A stretch of DNA of 64,000 nucleotides from NCBI GenBank assembly GCA_017560825.1, contig JAFZED010000007.1:6284-70283 (forward strand), read 5' to 3'. Under the pieces are notes generated by a model. It saw only the letters and a program-made list of their open reading frames with translations, was not told the DNA's origin and ran no database searches. The stretch comes from Bacteroidales bacterium (GTDB lineage Bacteria > Bacteroidota > Bacteroidia > Bacteroidales > UBA932). A program made the position numbers and the translations under genes. Position 1 is the stretch's first letter. Each line of letters begins with the position of its first letter. Below are positions 49,348 to 58,002 of this stretch, in pieces.

Positions 49348-50283
49348 ATGGCAAAGGGATTATTGAAGACTTCTTTGGCCACTACGGCTAAGGAGTACGC
49401 TCTGATAACATTCGGACTTGCGATGTATGCGCTCGGTTGGACTCTCTTCCTTCTTCCGAACAACCTCGTTGGTGGAGGAGTGTCCGGTTTTGCATCGATA
49501 GTTATGTATGCGACAAAGATTCCGATGAGCGTGACCTACTTCTTGCTCAACATCCTCCTCCTGATTATAGGAACAAAGATTCTGGGAACAGGATTCGGAA
49601 GCAAGACCATATATGCGATCTTTATGACATCGTTACTTCTGGGTCTGATGCCTAAGATTGTTCCTGTGGAGTTTGTTCACGAGCTCACTTCCAACGGAAA
49701 ACTGATCTGTACTGTGCTTGGTGGAGTTATGGCCGGCTTCGGTATCGGACTTTCAATGTCGCAGGGAGGCAGCACGGGTGGAACTGACATCATCGCCCTT
49801 GTGTGGTGCAAGTTCTATGCGGCATCTCCGGGCAGGGTCATCCTTATTATAGATATAGGTATCATTCTTTCATCACTTCTCTTCCCGTCTTACACAGATG
49901 CAGGTGAACTTCTTCCTTTCACAGAGAAGCTTGCCATCGTAGTGTACGGTCTTGCTCAGGTGACAGTCTGCGGCTACTCTATTGACCTGTATCTTTCAGG
50001 TACAAAGCAGTCGGTGCAGGTGTTCATCTTTACCAAGAAGGTTACGGAGATGGCAGATGCGATCGCTTTTGATATGAAGAGGGGAGTGACAGTGATTCCT
50101 GCCAAGGGTTGGTACTCAAAAGAGGAGAAGGAAGTGGTGATGGTAGTGACAAGAAAGGCGGACTTGAACCTTCTTCTAAAGTATGTCAAGACTATCGATC
50201 CTGAGGCATTCCTTTCGGTTTCCAGTGTAATGGGAGTTTATGGCCAGGGATTTGACACCATCAAAGTCAAAGGAAAGAACTAA
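49348..50283 (+). CDS. YitT-family membrane protein (tandem paralogue)
   Basis: GGGVSG, GGSTGGTDI, RGVT...GWYS, IDPEAF...GVYGQGF. Confidence 0.9.
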   Translation: MAKGLLKTSLATTAKEYALITFGLAMYALGWTLFLLPNNLVGGGVSGFASIVMYATKIPMSVTYFLLNILLLIIGTKILGTGFGSKTIYAIFMTSLLLGLMPKIVPVEFVHELTSNGKLICTVLGGVMAGFGIGLSMSQGGSTGGTDIIALVWCKFYAASPGRVILIIDIGIILSSLLFPSYTDAGELLPFTEKLAIVVYGLAQVTVCGYSIDLYLSGTKQSVQVFIFTKKVTEMADAIAFDMKRGVTVIPAKGWYSKEEKEVVMVVTRKADLNLLLKYVKTIDPEAFLSVSSVMGVYGQGFDTIKVKGKN

Positions 50284-50330
50284 TTCGTTAAAAAAAAAGA
50301 AAAAGTTTTAAAAAAAAGAAAAATGTGACG

Positions 50331-50368
50331 AATGTCGCCATTCCAGCTGAGGCTGAGATGGCGACATT
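50331..50368. terminator. Hairpin between yitT and araC (possible terminator or operator)
   Basis: AATGTCGCCAT...ATGGCGACATT; no U-tract directly adjacent. Confidence 0.4.
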
Positions 50369-50401
50369 ACGTATTTTTGTTGTACCAATGATTTTGATGA
50401 T

Positions 50402-51505
50402 ATGAAATATTTGTTTGGAATTTTGCTTTTGGTTATGACTGCTTTTCTGGCAGTCATTCAATTTGTAAGGAATGTCAAGTTCGCTGCTATGACAGACCGA
50501 AGAAACAGGTTGAGCCCGTGGATACTGGTGGCTGGCGCCTTTGTGATTATCGTTGATATGTGTTCTCCCGGAATAACTACTGTCCGCCTTACAGCAGACC
50601 TTATGCTTCCCGCAACCTGTTTTATTCTCCTTACGTCGTCTCTGTGGCATTATAAGAAGATATCTTGGCTAGTCTGCGTTGTTATTATCATTGAACTGTT
50701 ACAGGCATTGTACTATATGGCCGGGCTGGCCAGGCTCCTGCCTCCGCCCCACCTTTATGTATCCCTTTTTGTCCAGGTTCTGGCTCTTGCAGTCATTACG
50801 GTGCAGTTCTTAGCAGGAATCTGGAAGAGAATGAGTTCGATAAAGGAGGTGATGAAGTCCGGGACAATATGGACTAATGTCCTGTTGAGTGTGGATGCCT
50901 TATATCCTCTTCTGATACTGCTGAGCTACTCCTTATATCTTCTCGCTTCCGCCATCGCCGGCACATTCGAAGGCCTGCACTCATATATATTCCTGATAGT
51001 TGCTGCCCTGTCGCTCGCGTCCCTGTCGCTGAGGATATATCTGGATGCCGCTTTTGTGCTGTGGCAGCAGCAGGAGAGGCGTATCGTCGAATCGATGAAG
51101 GTGACGAGCGTCGAATCAGCAATCGATGTTTCAAGGATTGAGGATATATATAAGGACATATACGAACGTGTAGTAGCGTACTTCGAAAATGAAAAGCCCT
51201 TCCTTGATAATAAGTTGACTATCAATGATGTGGTGCGTTCGCTATACACAAATAAACTTTATATCTCACGGGCGATAAGCCAATTTACAGGAAGGAATTT
51301 CTGTCAGTTCGTGAACTATTATCGTGTAATCTACTCGATGCAGTGCTTCCGCGAGAATCCTGATCTGAAAATATATGAACTTGCCACTATGAGCGGATTC
51401 AATTCCATAGTATCGTATAATATGGCCTTCAGACTTTTTATGGGTGAGAATCCGAGCGAGTGGTGCCGAAAAGAGAAGACCAGGAAGATAAAGAACAAAA
51501 AATAA
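50402..51505 (+). CDS. Membrane-anchored AraC-family transcriptional regulator
   Basis: Several N-terminal hydrophobic segments; KPFLDNKLTI...TNKLYISRAI...NF..FVN.YRV...SGFNS...F....GENPSEW; -7 element TATTTTTG at 50372-50379. Confidence 0.88.
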   Translation: MKYLFGILLLVMTAFLAVIQFVRNVKFAAMTDRRNRLSPWILVAGAFVIIVDMCSPGITTVRLTADLMLPATCFILLTSSLWHYKKISWLVCVVIIIELLQALYYMAGLARLLPPPHLYVSLFVQVLALAVITVQFLAGIWKRMSSIKEVMKSGTIWTNVLLSVDALYPLLILLSYSLYLLASAIAGTFEGLHSYIFLIVAALSLASLSLRIYLDAAFVLWQQQERRIVESMKVTSVESAIDVSRIEDIYKDIYERVVAYFENEKPFLDNKLTINDVVRSLYTNKLYISRAISQFTGRNFCQFVNYYRVIYSMQCFRENPDLKIYELATMSGFNSIVSYNMAFRLFMGENPSEWCRKEKTRKIKNKK

Positions 51506-51565
51506 GTTGTGGAATCGGAGCCGGAAGATTATCTTTGCGGAAAATTGAAAATAAACAATTCAGAT

Positions 51566-53245
51566 ATGGCAGACGAGAAGATTATTTTTTCGATGAACGG
51601 TGTTGGCAAGATCCTGCCTCACAACAACAGGGTGATCCTCAAGGACATCTATCTTTCATTCTTTTATGGTGCTAAAATCGGTATCGTCGGATTGAACGGA
51701 TCCGGTAAGTCTACTTTGATGAAGATCATTGCAGGCATCGAGACCGGCTATCAGGGCGAAGTGGTATGGGCACCTGGCTATTCTGTAGGTTACCTTGAGC
51801 AGGAGCCTCAGATGGATCCGAACAAGACTGTCCTTGAAGTGGTTCAGGAAGGTGTTCAGGAGGTTATGGACATCCTCAGGGAGTACGAGGAAGTCAATAT
51901 GAAGTTCTGCGAGCCTATGTCAGATGACGAAATGGCTGCTCTCATCGAGCGCCAGGGTGAGTTGACAGAGAAGATCGAGCACTGCGGTGGCTGGGAGATC
52001 GACTCTAAGCTCGAAAGGGCGATGGATGCCCTCCAGTGTCCTCCGTCAGACGCGCTTGTTGAAAACCTCAGTGGTGGTGAGCGCCGTAGAGTCGCTCTTT
52101 GCCGTCTTCTTCTCAGACAGCCGGATGTGCTCCTTCTTGACGAGCCTACCAACCACCTCGACACAGAGAGTATCCAGTGGCTCGAGGCACATCTCCAGCA
52201 GTATAAGGGTACTGTAATCGCAGTTACCCACGACCGTTACTTCCTTGACAATGTGGCAGGATGGATCCTCGAACTTGACAGAGGAGAGGGCATTCCTTGG
52301 AAGGGCAACTATTCTTCTTGGCTTGACCAGAAGAGCAACCGCCTTGCACAGGAGGAAAAGCAGGAGAGCAAGCGCCGCAAGGCTCTCGAGAGAGAGCTCG
52401 AGTGGGTGCGTATGGCTCCTAAGGCACGTCACGCCAAGTCTAAGGCCCGTCTGGGTGCATATGAGAAGCTCGCATCTGACGACGGACGTGAGAAAGAGGC
52501 AAACCTCGAGATCTTTATCCCTAACGGACCAAGACTCGGTAACAAGGTCATCGAGTTCAAGAATGTCTCTATGGGCTATGGCGACAAGCTTCTTTATGAA
52601 GACCTCAACTTTGTCCTTCCGCCAGCAGGTATCGTGGGTGTGATCGGTCCGAATGGTGCCGGTAAGACAACTCTCTTCCGCCTCATTATGGGTCTTGAGA
52701 CTCCTCAGACAGGTGAGATCACCATCGGTGAGACTGTGAAGCTGGCCTATGTCGATCAGCAGCACAGAAGTATCGATCCAGAAAAGTCTGTGTATGAGAC
52801 CATTGCAGAGAATTCGGAGTTTGTGAAGCTCGGCAAGAGGGAAGTGAATGCACGTGCATACGTGTCACGCTTCAATTTCTCGGGTGCGGATCAGGAGAAG
52901 CTTTGCGGAATCCTTTCCGGTGGTGAGAGAAACCGTCTCCACCTTGCCCTGACACTCAAGGACGAGGGTAACGTGCTTCTTCTCGACGAGCCTACCAATG
53001 ACGTGGATGTAAACACAATCCGTGCTCTCGAGGAAGGTCTTGAGAACTTCGCCGGATGTGCCGTTGTCATCTCACACGACAGATGGTTCCTTGACAGAAT
53101 TGCTACACACATCCTTGCGTTCGAGGGTGACTCACAGGTTTACTTCTTTGAGGGTACATACTCAGAGTACGAGGAGAACAAGAAGCGTCGTCTCGGCAAT
53201 GAAGAGCCAAAGAGATTCAAGTACAAGAAACTGATGGCGGAGTAA
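51566..53245 (+). CDS. ettA: ABC-F translational throttle EttA
   Basis: LSFFYGAKIG, GLNGSGKST, LSGGERRRVALCRLLL, GEGIPWKGNYSSWL, second cassette LSGGERNR. ATG 51566 follows -7 element at 51530-51537. Confidence 0.93.
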   Translation: MADEKIIFSMNGVGKILPHNNRVILKDIYLSFFYGAKIGIVGLNGSGKSTLMKIIAGIETGYQGEVVWAPGYSVGYLEQEPQMDPNKTVLEVVQEGVQEVMDILREYEEVNMKFCEPMSDDEMAALIERQGELTEKIEHCGGWEIDSKLERAMDALQCPPSDALVENLSGGERRRVALCRLLLRQPDVLLLDEPTNHLDTESIQWLEAHLQQYKGTVIAVTHDRYFLDNVAGWILELDRGEGIPWKGNYSSWLDQKSNRLAQEEKQESKRRKALERELEWVRMAPKARHAKSKARLGAYEKLASDDGREKEANLEIFIPNGPRLGNKVIEFKNVSMGYGDKLLYEDLNFVLPPAGIVGVIGPNGAGKTTLFRLIMGLETPQTGEITIGETVKLAYVDQQHRSIDPEKSVYETIAENSEFVKLGKREVNARAYVSRFNFSGADQEKLCGILSGGERNRLHLALTLKDEGNVLLLDEPTNDVDVNTIRALEEGLENFAGCAVVISHDRWFLDRIATHILAFEGDSQVYFFEGTYSEYEENKKRRLGNEEPKRFKYKKLMAE

Positions 53246-53271
53246 TCAGTCAATCAGAGGATTAACCGAAT

Positions 53272-53313
53272 ATGCAGGCTTCAAGTGAAATAAACTTCAC
53301 TTGAAGCCTGCAT
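53272..53313 (+). terminator. 18-bp perfect stem-loop after ettA
   Basis: ATGCAGGCTTCAAGTGAA-ATAAAC-TTCACTTGAAGCCTGCAT followed by TATTTT. Confidence 0.8.
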
Positions 53314-53384
53314 TATTTTCTTCCTGCATTGATTTGGATAATATTTATTTATATATTTGTAGTTTGTAAAAATATTTAAAAACA

Positions 53385-55304
53385 ATGAAGAAATTTTCTT
53401 TGCCAAAGGACGGCGGACTGATCGAAGCAGGCCTGCCAAGCGGAATCCTTCATAGCTATGAAAGAATCCCTACCAACATTTATGAGGATGAGGAAATTGC
53501 AAGCGCTGAGCTTGCTGATGAGATCGTAGGTCGCATCAACTCCAGTGAGGGCATTTTCAAACTCGGTCTCAGTACCGGCTCCTCTCCTGTAGCCTTATAT
53601 CAGGAACTTGTAAAGAGATACGAAGAGGGAAAAGTATCCTTCGCAAATGTCGAGGTCTTCAGCATCGATGAGTACTATCCGGCTCCAGCAAAATCACAGA
53701 GCCGTAACCGTCGTCTTTACTCGGAGTTCCTTGAGAAAGTCGATGTAGATATGGCAAATGTCCACATTCCGTCTTTTGAAAACGTGGTAGAGACTACAGC
53801 AGTCACTGAGTACTGTGCTGAATTTGACAGAACGGCGACAGGCCTTGACTTCCTTGTGATGGGCATCGGATCTCACGGAGAGGTAGGATTCAACGAGGAA
53901 GGAGCTTCAGAGAAGAGCCGCACAAGGACAGTCCTTCTTTCTTACACTTCAAGAAAGAGACAGGCAAAGAACTTCGGAGGAAACGTAGACGAGACCCCTC
54001 GCACAGCGATAGCAATGGGTATCTCCACTATGTTGAGCGCAAAGAAGATCGCTCTCATCGGCTGGGGTGAGGACAAGGCTCAGATAGTGAAGAGGATCGT
54101 TGAGGACGAGGCAAATGCCCAGTGTCCTGCATCTTGGCTTCAGAAGCACGAGGACATCACTTTCTATGCTGATGAAAACTCAGCAAGTATGCTTACAAGA
54201 AATGTGGCTCCTTGGCTGGTAGGACCTTGCGAATGGACTCCTAAGTTCATCAGAAAGGCAGTCGTATGGCTTTGCGAAAAGGTAGATAAGCCTATCCTCA
54301 AGCTTACTCAGGGTGACTACCTTGCAAATGGCCTCGGTGAACTTCTCGAACAGAAGGATTCATACGATCAGATAAACATAAAGGTCTTCAATGACCTTCA
54401 GCACACCATTTCAGGATGGCCTGGTGGCAAGCCTAATGCAGATGACTCTACAAGACCGGTGGCTTCGACACCGTTCCCTAAGAAAGTCATCATCTTCTCT
54501 CCACATCCTGACGATGACGTGATCTCTATGGGCGGAACATTCATCCGTCTTGTAGAGCAGGGACACGATGTACACGTCGCTTATGAGACATCAGGAAACG
54601 TTGCGGTTCACGATGACGTTGTCCTCCAGCATATGGATGCGGCAAACGAACTCGGATTCGGAGACAGATTCGACGAGGTGAAGGAGATCATAGCTTCTAA
54701 GAAGCCTGGTCAGCCAGAGCCAAGAGCACTCCTGAATCTCAAGGGTGCAATCCGCCGTGCAGAGGCAAAGAGTGCAGTGCGTTCATTCGGACTTAACGAC
54801 AAGACAAACTGCCACTTCCTCAATCTTCCGTTCTATGAGACAGGCGGAATCAAGAAGGGTGAGAGGACTCAGAAGGACATCGACATCATCATAGAACTTC
54901 TCGAGCAGGTGAAGCCTCACCAGATCTATCTTGCAGGTGACCTTGCTGACCCTCACGGCACACATCGTGTATGTACTGAGGCGGTTCTTGAGGCTATCAA
55001 CCAGCTCAAGGGCAAGGCAGAATGGCTTGAGTCGTGCCACGTGTGGCTGTACAGAGGTGCCTGGATGGAGTGGGAGCTCGGTAAGGTGGATATGGCAGTT
55101 CCGCTCAGCCCGGATGAGGTGATCAAGAAGCGTCACGCCATCTACCGCCACCTTTCCCAGAAGGACATCGTGCCGTTCCCTGGTGAGGATCCACGCGAAT
55201 TCTGGCAGAGAGCAGAGGAGAGGACCCAGAACACAGCAAATCTCTACGACAAGTTGGGAATGGCCGAGTATCAGGCAATTGAAGTGTTTGTGAAATTATT
55301 TTAA
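53385..55304 (+). CDS. NagB-II: glucosamine-6-P deaminase-like domain fused to a PIG-L/LmbE deacetylase domain
   Basis: [17 protein letters not shown]; C-terminal [28 protein letters not shown]. Confidence 0.88.
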   Translation: MKKFSLPKDGGLIEAGLPSGILHSYERIPTNIYEDEEIASAELADEIVGRINSSEGIFKLGLSTGSSPVALYQELVKRYEEGKVSFANVEVFSIDEYYPAPAKSQSRNRRLYSEFLEKVDVDMANVHIPSFENVVETTAVTEYCAEFDRTATGLDFLVMGIGSHGEVGFNEEGASEKSRTRTVLLSYTSRKRQAKNFGGNVDETPRTAIAMGISTMLSAKKIALIGWGEDKAQIVKRIVEDEANAQCPASWLQKHEDITFYADENSASMLTRNVAPWLVGPCEWTPKFIRKAVVWLCEKVDKPILKLTQGDYLANGLGELLEQKDSYDQINIKVFNDLQHTISGWPGGKPNADDSTRPVASTPFPKKVIIFSPHPDDDVISMGGTFIRLVEQGHDVHVAYETSGNVAVHDDVVLQHMDAANELGFGDRFDEVKEIIASKKPGQPEPRALLNLKGAIRRAEAKSAVRSFGLNDKTNCHFLNLPFYETGGIKKGERTQKDIDIIIELLEQVKPHQIYLAGDLADPHGTHRVCTEAVLEAINQLKGKAEWLESCHVWLYRGAWMEWELGKVDMAVPLSPDEVIKKRHAIYRHLSQKDIVPFPGEDPREFWQRAEERTQNTANLYDKLGMAEYQAIEVFVKLF

Positions 55305-55315
55305 CATTTAGATAT

Positions 55316-56110
55316 ATGAGAGTTCTTATTCAACAGAATGCAGCCAATGGCTCAGTGTGGGCCGCAAGATACATAGTATCGCGCATCAAGGCTAAGGCGG
55401 CGGTGACAGACCGTCCATTTGTTCTCGGACTTCCTACAGGAGGTACTCCTGTGGCAACTTACCAGGAGCTTATCAGAATGTACCAGGCAGGTGAGGTGTC
55501 ATTCAAGAACGTGATCACTTTCAATATGGATGAGTATGTAGGCCTTCCTGAGGAGCATCCTGAGAGCTATCACTCGTTTATGGCAAGAAACTTCTTCGAT
55601 CACGTAGACGTTCCGAAGGAAAACATCAACATCCTTAACGGAAACGCAGAGGATCTTGCAGCCGAGTGTGCAGCCTATGAGGCAAAGATCGTCGCTGCCG
55701 GCGGTATCGACCTCTTTATGGGCGGAGTAGGAGAGGACGGACACCTTGCTTTCAATGAGCCATACTCATCACTTGTATCTCGCACAAGAGTAAAGAGCCT
55801 TACCTATGACACTATCGTGGTGAACTCACGTTTCTTTGACGGTGACATCAGCAAGGTTCCTACTACTGCCCTCACAGTTGGTGTAGGTACAGTGATGGAC
55901 GCAAAGGAAGTGCTCGTGCTTGCATTCGGCCACAAGAAGGCAAATGCCCTTCGTGAGGCTATTGAGGGAGCATATTCACAGAAGTGCACCTTGTCTGCCC
56001 TTCAGGCCCATCCGCACGGAATCATCGTGACTGACGAACTCGCCGTAGGTGAACTCAAGGTCAACACATACAGATATTTCAAGGACATTGAAAAGGAGAA
56101 TATTCTCTAA
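55316..56110 (+). CDS. nagB: Glucosamine-6-phosphate deaminase
   Basis: [41 protein letters not shown]. Confidence 0.96.
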   Translation: MRVLIQQNAANGSVWAARYIVSRIKAKAAVTDRPFVLGLPTGGTPVATYQELIRMYQAGEVSFKNVITFNMDEYVGLPEEHPESYHSFMARNFFDHVDVPKENINILNGNAEDLAAECAAYEAKIVAAGGIDLFMGGVGEDGHLAFNEPYSSLVSRTRVKSLTYDTIVVNSRFFDGDISKVPTTALTVGVGTVMDAKEVLVLAFGHKKANALREAIEGAYSQKCTLSALQAHPHGIIVTDELAVGELKVNTYRYFKDIEKENIL

Positions 56111-56128
56111 TATATGAGTATATAAAGG

Positions 56129-56160
56129 GCGCCTTCAATCGCAAATTGAAGGCGTTTTTT
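56129..56160 (+). terminator. Intrinsic terminator after nagB
   Basis: CGCCTTCAAT-CGCAA-ATTGAAGGCG followed by TTTTTT. Confidence 0.85.
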
Positions 56161-56220
56161 ATTTTTTATGTATATTTGCCGGGTCGTTTGACACGTATTA
56201 AACACTAAATCTATATTTAT

Positions 56221-57945
56221 ATGAATAAATTAAGACCATTTATTCTTGCTGCTGTCGTAGTGCTGGCAGGACTGCTCGCATACGGACTTTGGACGATTCC
56301 AAGCCCTAAATCAGTTGATGCTGAGGGCTTTTCATCAGCAAGAGTTGTAAAGGACATAGAGGTCCTTTCAAAAGAACATCATTCAGTAGCCCACCCTCAG
56401 GAAAGGGCGAAAGTCAGGGAGTATCTCATTGAAAGACTGGAAGGGCTGGGTGCAGACACAGTACAGCTTTTCAGCTATGACTCGCTGACAGGACCGGAGA
56501 ACAAACACGTTGTATATACATTTGATGCCCACAACATTATGGCAGACTTCCATCCTCTCAAGGAGTCGGAAGACACAACTTACCTTATGTTTGTGGCTCA
56601 TTATGATTCAAGATACTCTCAGCCAATGCCGAAGGACACCGTGTGGTCATACGGTGCTGCAGATGACGGTTATGGAGTGGGTGTGATCCTTGAGACAATC
56701 AACCATCTCCTGAAGACCCGTGACAACTGGTCTCAGGGAGTGAAGGTGCTCTTCACAGATGCGGAGGAGGTCGGAATGGTCGGAATGAAGGCTATGTGGA
56801 AGAACGACAGGGACGCATTTGACAAGGTAGGTCTTATGATCAACATCGAGGCTCGAGGCCCTATGGGACCTTGCCTCCTTTTTGAGGCCTGCCCGGGCAA
56901 TGAGAAGGTAATGGATCTTTATGCGGAAGCAGCCAAGTATCCATATACTTACTCTCTGACCACAGTGGTATATAACTTTATGCCGAATTTCACTGACTTC
57001 ACAATAGTGAAGGACGAGATTCCTGGCCTCAACTTCTCGACTATTGCTGACATCAACCACTATCACACAGATCTTGACAACTTTGGCAACATCAGGGAGA
57101 AGTCGATCCAGCACTACGGTGCGCAGGTCCTTCCTGTCGCTATGAAGTACGTTACAGAGCCGGCATACGCTGACAAGGACTATTTCAGAGCTGAAGCAGA
57201 CGCTACTAACTTTACTATTCCTGCTCTTGGACTCTTCAATTTCAGCAAGGGAATGTATAAGGTGGTGTGCTGTGTGATCTTCCTTGTGTTCCTCCTTCTT
57301 CTCGCATATGAGGGATTACGCGGAAGAATGAAGGCTGCAAAGGTGTTCGCAGCTTCGTTGAAGGTGCTTGTCTCAGGCCTTGGAATACTTGCAGCAGGTC
57401 TTCTCCTGGCATATGTGTGCTCAGCAATAGCAGGTGCGAAGTTCAAGCTCTTCGGTATTATCCAGGGTGTGCCGTTCGACAATGTGGCAATGATTCTGGC
57501 TACAGTTGTTCTTTTTGCCTCTACTTTGGCTGTGTACATTTCAAAGAGAAGAAAAGCTGTGCGTGAAGTCGCTGGATCAATGCGTACAAGCGCTTCATAC
57601 AATGCAGTGAGCAAGCACGCCTACACCACACTCTTCGGCACTCTTGCCCTTATGTTTGTGCTTGGAGCAGTACTTCTCTTCGCTCTCGGAGAGAACCTGA
57701 TGTTCTTCATTCCGCTTGCATTCGCTACCATCGCAATGGTGCTTTATCACCTCACAAACCTCAAGCTCTGGCTCGTGGCTGCCATCGGAATGATCCTGCT
57801 TCACGCATTCTCATTCCTCTACGCCCTCACAATGGCCCTCACCCTCGGAGCCTTCGGCGCAGTAGCAATGCTGGCATTCTTCGATATGATGGTCCTCATC
57901 CCGCTCGCGGACCTCTACATCCTCGCCCCGGCGAAGAAGAAATAA
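56221..57945 (+). CDS. M28 metallopeptidase with a polytopic C-terminal membrane domain
   Basis: Intact AHYDS, GAADDG, DAEE, NIEARG, TDF, YHT..D; several C-terminal hydrophobic segments. Confidence 0.9.
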   Translation: MNKLRPFILAAVVVLAGLLAYGLWTIPSPKSVDAEGFSSARVVKDIEVLSKEHHSVAHPQERAKVREYLIERLEGLGADTVQLFSYDSLTGPENKHVVYTFDAHNIMADFHPLKESEDTTYLMFVAHYDSRYSQPMPKDTVWSYGAADDGYGVGVILETINHLLKTRDNWSQGVKVLFTDAEEVGMVGMKAMWKNDRDAFDKVGLMINIEARGPMGPCLLFEACPGNEKVMDLYAEAAKYPYTYSLTTVVYNFMPNFTDFTIVKDEIPGLNFSTIADINHYHTDLDNFGNIREKSIQHYGAQVLPVAMKYVTEPAYADKDYFRAEADATNFTIPALGLFNFSKGMYKVVCCVIFLVFLLLLAYEGLRGRMKAAKVFAASLKVLVSGLGILAAGLLLAYVCSAIAGAKFKLFGIIQGVPFDNVAMILATVVLFASTLAVYISKRRKAVREVAGSMRTSASYNAVSKHAYTTLFGTLALMFVLGAVLLFALGENLMFFIPLAFATIAMVLYHLTNLKLWLVAAIGMILLHAFSFLYALTMALTLGAFGAVAMLAFFDMMVLIPLADLYILAPAKKK

Positions 57946-57961
57946 ATATAACGTATATATA

Positions 57962-57999
57962 AAAAGCAGGTGGCTAAGTTGATTTGGCCACCTGCTTTT
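57962..57999. terminator. Bidirectional terminator
   Basis: AAAAGCAGGTGGC...GCCACCTGCTTTT between convergent peptidase genes. Confidence 0.85.
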
Positions 58000-58002
58000 G
58001 TA

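Noticed and set aside
52046-52765. 239-aa antisense ORF, and similar ones at 41563-42207, 2093-2593 and 7074-7565
   Set aside because: Antisense to ettA, phoH, dnaQ and argS; expected from biased codon usage.
53272-56160. Similar CTTCAA/TTGAAG stems flanking the nag operon, as possible mobile-element ends
   Set aside because: Similarity is limited to a short core, both stems fit ordinary terminators, and there is no target duplication or transposase.
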